DNA of 32,000 nucleotides from NCBI GenBank assembly GCA_002794465.1, contig MTSL01000219.1, positions 52,194 to 84,193 on the forward strand, given 5' to 3'. Under the pieces are notes generated by a model. That model ran no database searches and was not told the DNA's origin. It saw only the letters and a program-made list of their open reading frames with translations. The DNA is from Paramicrosporidium saccamoebae KSL3 (lineage: Eukaryota; Fungi; Cryptomycota). Made by a program: the position numbers and the translations under genes. This document shows, in pieces, positions 1 through 14,578 of the stretch (positions within the stretch are counted from its first letter, which is position 1; the number at the start of each line of letters is the position of its first letter).

Positions 1-2299
1 TAAGCCCACCCAGCCAAATCCCAAGGTTCTTGAGAAGGGACCGTTCCGATGTGCTGGCTATAATCTTTGAAGAGTGGAGCAAAATGTAGATATTGGAGTA
101 GGTCTGGCTGAGAACTTGCTGGGTCAGCGTGCTGATTTGAAGGATACCAAGAAGCTCCAGGTATAGTGAATGATAATTAGGTTCCAAACTAGCACGGCGA
201 ACTACGAGATACTGTGCAAGCCAAGCAAAATGAACTTCTTCCAACACCTTTACTAGGTCGTTCGCCTTGTGCTCCAGGTTGTTGATTGACAAATTATTCA
301 ATATAAAAAGGATACGGTCGCGCACTCCTTCAGAAGGTGCGGGGTATTTTTGCTTCTCGGCAGCTTCAATGAGCGGATTCCCAGACTCGGGCGGCACCTG
401 ACTGGGTGGAGGAACAACCACCGGTTGCACGGGAGACGCCGGCGCAGGGGGGGAAATTGGTGGTGTTGATAACGCTGGTGGTGCTTGGCCACCCGAAAGA
501 CAGGATCTGATATAGACATACAATTCAGGGTATACTTGCTGGAGATGAGGTATCTGCATTAAATGAGCACAATATTGAGGCCATTCCGCCAGGCGAGTGT
601 GGAATTGCATGATTGCCTGCACACCAAATCGAAACAACTTTTGTCCAGGTGGCTTCCGCAGAGCGTCGAGAACGCAGCGCAGAGCAAGTCCCAACGGAAC
701 ATATGCAACGAGCCCGCAATTAATCAGCTGTCCAAATAGAACGGCCGTCAAATTCAACTCGTTATCGGGGTACTTTCCAAAAAAGCGATACTCATCGAAA
801 ATGTTGTGAAGGAAGCACGCAAACACTTGTTGATCACGAATACTGGCAGAGCCTTTCAAACGTCGCAAAACTTCAATAACATCATTTGCTGCCACTTCCC
901 GAGCAAAAATCCGGTCGAAAAAGTTGTTCACCTCTTCCTCAATATCGGATGCAAAGGTCATCTCGGGAAGACTTCCGTTTTCAATATTGCCGCCCCTCTC
1001 AGTCATAGATATTCCCGAAATCGCTCCAGGGTTTCCTGATTCCTGTGCGCTAAGCCTGTGAATTTCCCGAAACTGCTCGGCAACGTCTGGGGCCATCATT
1101 GCGAAAACGCCATGAAGCTGTTTGATAAATAATGTGATGACTTCTGGAGACGCTGGCATCCCAGAAACAGGACCAGAAGTGCCGGAGCGCGGACGATTAT
1201 ACTGCAGTGCAATCTTGTCGGCGATAAAATCCACAGCCGCCCGCAAAAACAAATCTCCCTTGTCTTTGATTGATTCAGCGAGCCATTTTTCAATGTTCAG
1301 GTGCTGTCTCCTCGACGCCAAACAGGCCAAATCCAAGGTGAAAGAGTATGGCTTTGCATCCAATATGATAGGCAGAATTTTCAATTCCTGGGCAACATCT
1401 AAAAGTCTGGAAAGACAGGTAGAGTCTCGACGGTGCATTTCGACCATGCAAAACAGTAGGACATTAGGATTCAACGACCAGACCCGAGGTAAGACAACCG
1501 TTGAACTAGGCTGTCCCAGAATGAAGCCGCATGTTAGCTTTACCAAGATTTCCTTGTTAATTGAATTCCACGTGGGATCCATCGACGCCAAAGCAATGCA
1601 TAAAAGCTCGGGACACTGACGAGATGCAAGCTCAAAAATCGGTTTGGCCTCTTCAAAGTTATCAGTATCGATTACTTGAGCGGTGAACTCGAACAGTTCA
1701 GCGCAGTTCCAGGTCTGAGATCCCAAAGTGGCTGCAATGTTGCGAGCAGCCGGCGACAAATTTGTAAAATCTTCAGTAGCAATGACCTTTTTGCCCACGA
1801 GCATCGAAAGATTCAAGATATCGGGGGGGAGAAGCAAGCAATTGAAGATTAGATTCAGCTGCCCTTTGATGTTACTCCATGACTTCATCAGGTGCTTGAC
1901 TTGGACCTGGCTGTAAAAATCTTTGGTAATCGCCCGAAGAGCACGAACTAAAAGCTCGGCTCCTCGAGGATCAACAATATTGAAATGCGGCTTGTCTAAG
2001 CAGCAGATAACAGCATTGATATCTATTTTGGGGAATGATTCGAAGACTGCTGACCCAAATACACTCGTATTCCATGCACCCAATGGGGATCTTGCCAAAT
2101 TCCCTGGATGGTTTGGCTGGCACATGTATATCAATGCGAGGGCGACGGGATTCTCGACCCCACCTTGCAGCATTGGCTTCAACTGTTGCAAAATATCAAG
2201 AAACATGTTCCGGTCACAGCTTTCTGGCCCCAAATCGGCAAGTACTTTGGCAAGATATCCTGGCTCCATGTCAGGAGAATTGGCCGTGAACGAATCCAT
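1..2299 (-). CDS. NOT1: CCR4-NOT scaffold subunit Not1/CNOT1, N-terminal part; 3' end lies beyond the window start
   Basis: Uninterrupted minus-strand frame from ATG 2299 to the window edge; it is missing from the ORF track because there is no stop in the window. Translation includes LLDVAQELKILPIILDAKPYSFTLDLACLASRRQHLNIEKWL, FASDIEEEVNNFFDRIF...IFDEYRFFGKYPDNELNLTAVLFGQLI and the MIF4G start PSEGVRDRILFILNNLSINNLEHK...WLAQYLVVRRASLEPNYHSLY...SERSLLKNLGIWLG. The start is uncertain because the frame stays open upstream. Confidence 0.92.
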   Translation of the reverse strand, partial: MDSFTANSPDMEPGYLAKVLADLGPESCDRNMFLDILQQLKPMLQGGVENPVALALIYMCQPNHPGNLARSPLGAWNTSVFGSAVFESFPKIDINAVICCLDKPHFNIVDPRGAELLVRALRAITKDFYSQVQVKHLMKSWSNIKGQLNLIFNCLLLPPDILNLSMLVGKKVIATEDFTNLSPAARNIAATLGSQTWNCAELFEFTAQVIDTDNFEEAKPIFELASRQCPELLCIALASMDPTWNSINKEILVKLTCGFILGQPSSTVVLPRVWSLNPNVLLFCMVEMHRRDSTCLSRLLDVAQELKILPIILDAKPYSFTLDLACLASRRQHLNIEKWLAESIKDKGDLFLRAAVDFIADKIALQYNRPRSGTSGPVSGMPASPEVITLFIKQLHGVFAMMAPDVAEQFREIHRLSAQESGNPGAISGISMTERGGNIENGSLPEMTFASDIEEEVNNFFDRIFAREVAANDVIEVLRRLKGSASIRDQQVFACFLHNIFDEYRFFGKYPDNELNLTAVLFGQLINCGLVAYVPLGLALRCVLDALRKPPGQKLFRFGVQAIMQFHTRLAEWPQYCAHLMQIPHLQQVYPELYVYIRSCLSGGQAPPALSTPPISPPAPASPVQPVVVPPPSQVPPESGNPLIEAAEKQKYPAPSEGVRDRILFILNNLSINNLEHKANDLVKVLEEVHFAWLAQYLVVRRASLEPNYHSLYLELLGILQISTLTQQVLSQTYSNIYILLHSSKIIASTSERSLLKNLGIWLGGL

Positions 2300-2653
2300 T
2301 CTAGAGTGACACTCGGCTTGATAATGACTTTCTGTGGCTAACTTTTGAATATCTCTTCGGCTCTCTTCCACCGCTATTTGGATATGCTCTTCAGAAAAGT
2401 CGCGCTTGGCCTACAACCATAATTGAGCACCATTGCCAGCATACCCTAATAATCTCCTTTTCTACCTCTTCGAGACTCAAAGGCGAGTAGTAATAAAGCA
2501 AATTTTTGAAAAAAGTCCCCAAGACAGAAACTGACTCGCGGGAATGTTTCTCCAGTTTGCAATTAGAGCAATCGCAAGTGCGCCTTAAAGGTCGAGCTTG
2601 CAGTACCAGGGTTGTGAAGGGACTAAATCTACTCAAAATTAAATAGCCTTAAA

Positions 2654-3241
2654 ATGGTCGATGTCACGGCTCGGGCAATTACTAGCGGAAACAAGGTCTT
2701 TGAGGAATGTCTCGATTGTGGACCATCCAAAATGTTGGACAGAGTAACCTCGTTGGAAGAGCTGGAATGTTTGCTTGAAGAGACATCAAAAGGCCTTGAC
2801 AGAATTGAAACGGAGCTTATTGAAGAGGTGAGTGCCAAATCGGACTCATTCTTCGAAGCAATATCAGCAGTAGATAATCTTTCAGATCAGACAGCATCAC
2901 TCCACAACGCCTCAAGGAATCTTTTATTGATTATGAATGATTTACAGGATAAAAATCACGGCGAGATGCAAAAATTGGAGAAACTCGCAGAGGAACAAGA
3001 GATTCTACTAAAAGCAGAGAGCATCTTAGAGAAGGCCGTTGAGTTTACACAAAGCCAAGGCACTATTCAGGCAATGCTAGACACACATGCTTTCAACGAT
3101 GCCCTCCGAATCGTCACAGACAAAATCAAGATAATGGATGAAGATCTCCTTGGTATTAAAGTATTCCAGCCGATTCTAGTAGAGTTGCGTGAAATGAAGG
3201 TCGCACTTGAGAAAATGATAAGGGCAAATGTAATCGACTAG
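2654..3241 (+). CDS. Vps54 N-terminal domain-only protein (GARP subunit-like, truncated)
   Basis: 195 aa, colinear with the Vps54 N-terminal coiled coil as I recall it: LDRIETELIEEVSAKSDSFFEAI (cf. LDIVEVNIAHQISLRSEAFFHAM), TQSQGTIQAML (cf. HQTQPTVQVLL), DLLGIKVFQPILVELREMKVALEKMI (cf. ELQGIHSFRHLGSQLCELEKLIDKMM). Stop at 3241 is followed by AATAAA. Confidence 0.7.
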   Translation: MVDVTARAITSGNKVFEECLDCGPSKMLDRVTSLEELECLLEETSKGLDRIETELIEEVSAKSDSFFEAISAVDNLSDQTASLHNASRNLLLIMNDLQDKNHGEMQKLEKLAEEQEILLKAESILEKAVEFTQSQGTIQAMLDTHAFNDALRIVTDKIKIMDEDLLGIKVFQPILVELREMKVALEKMIRANVID

Positions 3242-3384
3242 CCTGTACGGATTAGAGATTTTAATAAAAAATCTTGGCTTCCAACCCCGCGGTTCGCTAT
3301 GTTACCGGCAAACATTCATTAGCATATAAACATTATAATGTCGTGTCTATATTGTCCGCTCGATTTTTCCAGGGAGCTGCTGAG

Positions 3385-4399
3385 ATGACTGGCAAGGTGT
3401 TTGCCGTCGTGGATACGAGCTTCATTGTTGATAACGTGCCAATCGTTCGCCAAATTTTGGAGTATCTGAGTTCCTTTACATACACTGCCCGTGTGCACTT
3501 GATTGTCCCGTTTATCGTGGTGCAAGAATTGGACAACCTTAAAGTTGAAGTATGCATTTTTCTCAACTTTTAGAAGCGAAGCGAGTCTAAAGTCAGTCGT
3601 GCTGCCTCGGCTGCTACATCGCTCATACAAGAGTTTCTCAAGCAAGATGGCCATCTTATTTGCCAGACCATGGTAGAGACTTATTTGACAGACGCCTCTT
3701 TGCTAAAGGTACTGCTTACTACTGTTTACACTTTATAGTGCAATGATGATCTTATACTAGACTGCGCTCTATTTTTTGGTCATTCTCGTGCTGCTAAAGT
3801 TGTGTTGCTTACTCGTGATGTTAATTTGACACTGAAAGTTACTATTCATGGGATTGAGTCTGTCCGACAGCTCCCGTCCAGCGCTGCCGAATGTATTGAG
3901 ACCCTCATAGGAGCTGCTGGTGTTATCAGCTCAGACTCAATGATGGTTAACCTGACCGAATTTACGATCTGACTATTAGGATTGGGATCCTTGTTCGGAA
4001 GATTCGGTTGATGGCAAGATGAGGCCCGAATCGCTCGGACCGATGTGTATATTAGGTCGTGTTTATAATTTGGTGGAGTTGTCATCTTTGGAACAGACCA
4101 TGCGGCAAACCTTGGACCACAACATTGGTCCTAGCTGGCATTCGTTGCTCCGCGCACCTTGTTCTCCGTGGAAGGCGTCCTTTATGATTCAAACACTAGA
4201 TCGATATTGGAGCCCTTGTTTTTTCAATCTTTTCTCCAGATCAAGTCGGAACTTGGTATCTTCTTGCGCAAATTTTGTGTCAAGTCCACAGCTAGATGTC
4301 CAATCCGTACAAGATTTTGCAAAAAGGTTGAGAAGGCTTCTTCTACTTGTAAATGTGGATATCTCAATGCAGCTAACCACAGTTCCTGGGCTATTTTAG
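3385..4399 (+). CDS. SWT1: SWT1-like PIN-domain RNA endoribonuclease (4 exons, 308 aa)
   Basis: PIN motifs VVDTSF, VPFIVVQELDNLK, NDDLILDCALFF and VVLLTRDVNL, plus a C-terminal PWKASFMIQTLDRYWSPCF segment resembling the SWT1 helical domain. GT-AG introns at 3550-3573, 3709-3738 and 3946-3979 give a 927-nt in-frame CDS. Confidence 0.8.
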
Positions 4400-5334
4400 A
4401 TGCCTATTCATGCTAATTGCTGCCCCCACCGATCCGACGAATGTTGACGATTTAATGAAAGCAACCTTCACCGACCCTCCAGACCAGTATTGTAGCGCCT
4501 CTTGTAAAATTCCCTGAGCCGTGTCTAAATCAAGATCAGCCACATTTGAATATACATACCATTACCATCGACAAATCCTCCTGCCAGAAGGATGCGCTGT
4601 ACGTTATGAAGTTGAGAATTCAGAAAGGATATATGGGCCAGATTATTACAAATCATCAGCATGAGACTATAAACCAAGTCCTCTGGCTTACAATTTGGTG
4701 GAATGCTACTCGACAATCCTGCTTTGCCGAAAGAACTGGCAGGAACAGTAGCTTTTAATCCGCAATTAGAATAGTCAGAACCGTAAATATCGCCCACGAG
4801 TAAATCAACCCCTTGGCTTGAGCCTCGTGCAGCTAGCTCTAGTAGTTCTTTAAAATCCGACACTCCGGCCAACAATGCAGCCATCCCTCGGAATGTTCCA
4901 CCACCAAGGGAGGTACCAGACACCCGTCTATATACCTCGGCCGATTCCACTTTGACTATGCTTACCCCTGACCCAATATTCATCAAAATAAACGGATATT
5001 CCATCTCAGAATCGTGCAGAGCTACCGCACCAAGCACCAAGGCCTCCATTTCATCAATTATTTGGTAGTTACACGGCAAGTAGTTGTCCATCTCTCTTGA
5101 AAGTCGATACGATCCTCCTCCCGTTGCACTTATGGTTAATTCTGCATCATGGGCCACCAGTTGTTTCAAAAATATCAAGGCATCGTCGTATCTTTCCGTG
5201 CTGAATATTTTGTGATTCCATTGACAATTCCGACATTCGGAAATTTTGAAAAGCGACCCACCGATATCAATGCCAATAAAGTGATGCTTGCGCTCATTGT
5301 CAATACTTTCCGACTCACTGGGAGTATGCTTCAT
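4391..5334 (-). CDS. PANK: Type II pantothenate kinase (2 exons, 302 aa)
   Basis: Motifs GIDIGGSLFK, ISATGGGSY, DEMEALVLG, YPFILMNIGSGVSIVKV, RVSGTSLGGGTF, VDLLVGDIYG and ASSFGK. Intron 4525-4559 adds the C-terminal ALQYWSGGSVKVAF...FVGSVGA. Start placed at ATG 5334 because the longer ORF overlaps the divergent Sgf73-like gene. Confidence 0.9.
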
Positions 5335-5400
5335 ATTAACGCTAATTGGTTTCTGGTTTATTTTTGAGCATAGCGCTGCAGTCGACGCCCTATATATTCC

Positions 5401-6229
5401 ATGGCTAGTAGTAACACGAGTAGTAATCATGTCCCTCTTGGCGACTAATTTATGCAGCAGCAAATACAAAGCATTATCAAGATCTGGCTGTGATAAGCAA
5501 CTGTGCCTCTTGCCGGCGTCCATTTTATGTGAGTGATATCGCCCATAGTGCCCGTTTCTTATTGACCTAAAATAATTAGACTGCAAGGCCGATACTTTTG
5601 AAGAGGCTTCTGTTGTCTGGTCAAAGCAAAGCGTTGTATTCTCGCTGAATTATTAACTTGTTGTATTGTAGTCGACTCTAAGTAAGACTACAACAACCCG
5701 CAAGGGAAATAATGCCCAGAAAAAAATCAAAAAAAGTATACTGCGGGATCTGCTAACTTTCAAGATCAGCTTGATTTGGACCGGCATTGTGGAGTAATTA
5801 TTGCACCTTCTGGTGTGCCATGCATGCGTTCCCTTACTTGTAAATCTCATGCGGCTGCGTCGAAACGAGCAGTAATTGGCCGGTCAAGGGAATTTGACAC
5901 TCTGCTGTCTGATTATTTGGTGAACAACCCGTCGAAGGCAGTGAGTACTCTATTGGTACTTTCCGTCATCCTCTCTAGATTTATCAAAGAATTCGGAAAA
6001 AGTGATGACAGCGGTAGCCAGTTCCATGACCGGAACAACTGTCGCCGCATTTGACATCACTTGTCCGCTGGATAAACCTTTCATGAAATACACTGTTTCT
6101 CCCCCTAGCGCATCACATCATGCTTGGCTTTGCCGCAGCGTGAAGATATGGGTGTCTGAGCCCTTGAGGCTTTTTTCTCTTTCACGCAAGACCCAATCGG
6201 AGTCGATTGGACAAATAAAGCAGTCTTAA
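5401..6229 (+). CDS. Sgf73/ataxin-7-like SAGA deubiquitination-module subunit with SCA7 zinc finger (multi-exon; both ends uncertain)
   Basis: SCA7 signature LDLDRHCGVIIAPSGVPCMRSLTCKSHAAASKRAVIGRSREFDTLL at about 5770-5910. An upstream exon encodes CASCRRPFYVSDIAH, an N-terminal zinc-finger-like motif. Short GT-AG introns join these in frame. The stop is at either 6005 or 6229 depending on the donor used. Confidence 0.7.
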
Positions 6230-6283
6230 TGTTTGTTGACAGTCTCTAAGCGACTTTTTGCGACGGTCTCCTCACTACCTGCC

Positions 6284-7162
6284 ATGAGATCGTTAATATG
6301 CGTGAGTCTCGTGTCGTCTCTTTTTTTGGTGTCCGAAGCCGTGGTGTCAACCTGCCTCTCTGAAGGCCAAATTGCAATCAGCTTCGATGGTGGCCCAAGT
6401 CCTACAACCCCTTTTCTTCTTGAAGAACTTAAGAAGAACAACGTCAGCGCACTCTTCAACATAGACTCTGAAAAACTTACTCTTGGTGGCACAGCAGCTA
6501 TGATGAATGGGATATATAAAGACGGCCATGTTCTGGGACTGATGCTTAGTCAAAGTTTGGACTTGAATTCAATGTCCAATGATGGTCTTCGGGCGACTGT
6601 GCAGAGACGAGCTGGTGAATTTTTTAACGCATTCGGGAAATGGCCGCTATTTTTGCGAGTACCTGCTGACCTATCAAGCGAAAAGCAACAGTACCTCGAA
6701 TCCGGTGGGTATCTGATTACCAATCCTGGGCTTGATCTATCCAAAGTGTGGAGCGGAAATTGCGAGGTTAGATTTAATGCCTCCGTTGGAAAGTCATTGA
6801 CCTCGGCCTCTAGCTCTCTTATCCTCTCCATGGCTGATACGGAGACTGGCTGTGCCGTCTCTGAAGATCTTAAAATGATACAGACTGCTAGGTTTTATGG
6901 ATTTACTCCCGTTCGCATGGATAAATGTATAAACTTGGAGTCCCCTTATCGTCGCAATCCGTCAGAGGTCTCAGATGTTCACTTTTCGTTCTTCGATCCT
7001 GCTCCAGCTCCAACTAATGTGTCCTCAGTGGTGACAGATGATGCAAACATTGGGAAAGCAGCAATCAACTCCAACTCTTCTAAATCCAGGTCATATCCGA
7101 GTCTGACTTTACTGGGCTCATTTTTGATACTGACACTCTGTATATTAGTTTCGAATCTTTGA
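6284..7162 (+). CDS. Secreted, probably GPI-anchored polysaccharide/chitin deacetylase-like protein (CE4/NodB fold), catalytically degenerate
   Basis: Signal peptide MRSLICVSLVSSLFLVSEA; NodB start C..GQIAISFDGGP, ALFNI and GHVLG; Ser/Pro-rich linker; C-terminal hydrophobic tail LTLLGSFLILTLCILV. Confidence 0.85.
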   Translation: MRSLICVSLVSSLFLVSEAVVSTCLSEGQIAISFDGGPSPTTPFLLEELKKNNVSALFNIDSEKLTLGGTAAMMNGIYKDGHVLGLMLSQSLDLNSMSNDGLRATVQRRAGEFFNAFGKWPLFLRVPADLSSEKQQYLESGGYLITNPGLDLSKVWSGNCEVRFNASVGKSLTSASSSLILSMADTETGCAVSEDLKMIQTARFYGFTPVRMDKCINLESPYRRNPSEVSDVHFSFFDPAPAPTNVSSVVTDDANIGKAAINSNSSKSRSYPSLTLLGSFLILTLCILVSNL

Positions 7163-7689
7163 GATTATTGAGCCGAATAATCAATTAAAACACAATAATT
7201 TGCAAATCATGTTCCACTCGGTCATGAGCTAGTTGTTTTAACTATCAAAGATAATATAGCACCATTCTGTGTCGCAAATCTCTAGCTGATAATATTCAGA
7301 GTACGCAGGACCACAGCTAGCTAAAATTTACGTACTCTTCGGCATGTGCGACGACGATTTTAATTAATAATGGTACAGCATGGCATTTTCACCCCGAGCG
7401 ACTAAAAATGTTTTTGATAACATCCTCATCTTCAATTAGTTCAGAGGATTCGCACTAAAATCAAGAAATTCCACCAAGCTACTGAATATTGTAAAAGGTC
7501 TTTGATTTCTTCGGGAGTAGCTGGGCCTGCCTCAAAGTCCTCGCCTACATCCAAAAGGGATATCTAATATTCGGAACCTGCATCAACTAAATTACCGAGA
7601 TTGAAGCATTCACCTTCGAATCGGTAAGCAGCAAGGATGTAGTTGCTTGGTGCAAACTCTCTGCACCGCACGATGCACTTCCAATTTTT

Positions 7690-7945
7690 ACAATCCCGTC
7701 GCCTTCCTAAGAACGTCAAACCCGTATTACCAGCATACTAATAATATGGAAAGTGATAGTGTGAATTGCTCTCGCGAAAACTGTGTATTGTCTATCGGAA
7801 AGACCTCATTCCACAATACACGGTAGTTGTACACCAAGGAACTAACAAACCAAAATGGAATGCTTCAAAGCTACCTTGCTGTTCTGCCTCTCATCGATGG
7901 CTTTCCCTGACAAGAACATGTCCATTTGCAAAAAAAAGATCCCGA
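7690..7945 (+). pseudogene. Possible decayed RING-H2 E3 ligase remnant
   Basis: Fragments in shifting frames, in RING-H2 order: SRRLPKNV, ENCV/(C)LSE, DLIPQYTVVV, KLPC, HRWLSLTRTCP(I)CKKKIP. No intact spliced model found. Confidence 0.3.
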
Positions 7946-8045
7946 TACCAACGGCAAATTGTTCAGTTCAATAATTTTCAACTGAAGCATATATCTCTAT
8001 ATTATATTATTTTAATGTGTACACATAAATAAATCAGGAAGATGA

Positions 8046-13259
<5,214 letters not shown>

Positions 13260-13398
13260 TTGGAAAACAGCCCCGCCGACACGGAAAGTAATTTCTTTGA
13301 ATCAAAAAGACTCACGTGGACAGTTGTATTTCTACTGACTACTTATAAAAGTTTCATGGAATGACTAGATGCTACACAAAAGATTGATTCTGCTGTTT

Positions 13399-14550
13399 TT
13401 AAGAGTTTTTTGGTTTCTGTGAGTAGACCTTGATAGGACGACCTGCGGAAGTTCCAAAGTTAGTAGCGCCTGCGCCGCCATTTCCAGATTGGCGTAAATT
13501 GGCCTTATAAGTCTCCTTGAATGTTTCAATAAAGGAAGCTGGTCTATGATTGGGAACGGATGAGTATACAATATCAGGAATCCTGAAAAATCTTCGAGCT
13601 ATTTTGGTTGCCCACAGTCCCTGAACCGCACAGGTAATTAGGTTCGAGGTGCAGAAATACAGAACAAGGGCCTAAAAGTTGATGGCGAGACTGAATGGGT
13701 GTACAGATGGCATGAATGAGAGTACGGGAAAAGAGGCGGCGGCAAAGACACGAAGGCCGATTCGCATACCTGCGCTGAGATTTTGATTCGGCGAGGAAAA
13801 TTTTGATAGCTACAGGTTAGTGATGAAAGAAAATGCATTTACCTCCATGGTCAGTAAAAGGGTGGCCGTGGATAATGCAGGTAGAATGTAATAGGGATCA
13901 GCCGCAGTCAGATCTTGAAACCAGAGGACTCCTCCGTTGACCAGCGATGCCATCGGTTGACTGGCCATGTTCCTTATTGCAAAGAACGTTGCCATGAAGA
14001 AAGGTAGCGGAAACAGGGATAGTCCGAGAATTTTTACTGGATTGATATCGTTTTTGGACATGTAAGCTGCTAAATCTCTAATCTTCTGACGACTTTCCTC
14101 TTGCTTCCCCTGATTACGCAGCGCTTCTGATTCTGCCTGCAATTCTTGCACGCGAGGTTTCAAATTGTTTGCCATAATGGTTGAGCGTGTTTGCTTGATT
14201 GAAAGAGGAAAGAGCAAAGCCCGTAGACCGATTGTGTAGACGACCAGTGTGGCAGTCCAAGTCAGTCCTGTTGATAGATGGATCGTTTCAATTAATCTCT
14301 CAGTAATATTTGCGGGCCAAAGCACAGACCCGTTAAGAATGTATTCCCATTTTCCAGAAGTCGAGATAGATGTCTCTGATAATCCTGAAAACTGCGTATT
14401 CAATACCGGGCTGGTCTCAGCTACCGACTGAACAATTTTGGAGTCTGAGAATGCATCAGGGGCGGTGGAGTATGGGAGCCTCTTGATGCGGCGAATATAG
14501 TGAAGAGAAGGGATTAGTCGATTCGAGCAACTTTGCTTAAAGGTCATCAT
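13399..14550 (-). CDS. OXA1: Mitochondrial inner-membrane insertase Oxa1 (3 exons)
   Basis: Motifs IHLSTGLTW, LRALLFPL, GGVLWFQDLTAADPYYILP and, after two short introns, PSALVLYFCTSNL; N-terminal targeting-like sequence. Confidence 0.9.
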
Positions 14551-14578
14551 GATTGAATAAAGCCCTGGAAACTGTACT

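Noticed and set aside
1122-2341. Plus-strand ORFs of 77-165 aa over the NOT1 region, and similar ORFs opposite ALDH, ATR and the GH19 genes
   Set aside because: They are antisense shadows of well-supported genes with no recognisable motifs.
5335-5586. An 84-aa N-terminal extension on pantothenate kinase suggested by the 353-aa ORF
   Set aside because: It begins at a non-ATG codon, has no PanK similarity, and overlaps the plus-strand exons encoding the Sgf73-like CxxC..H motif.
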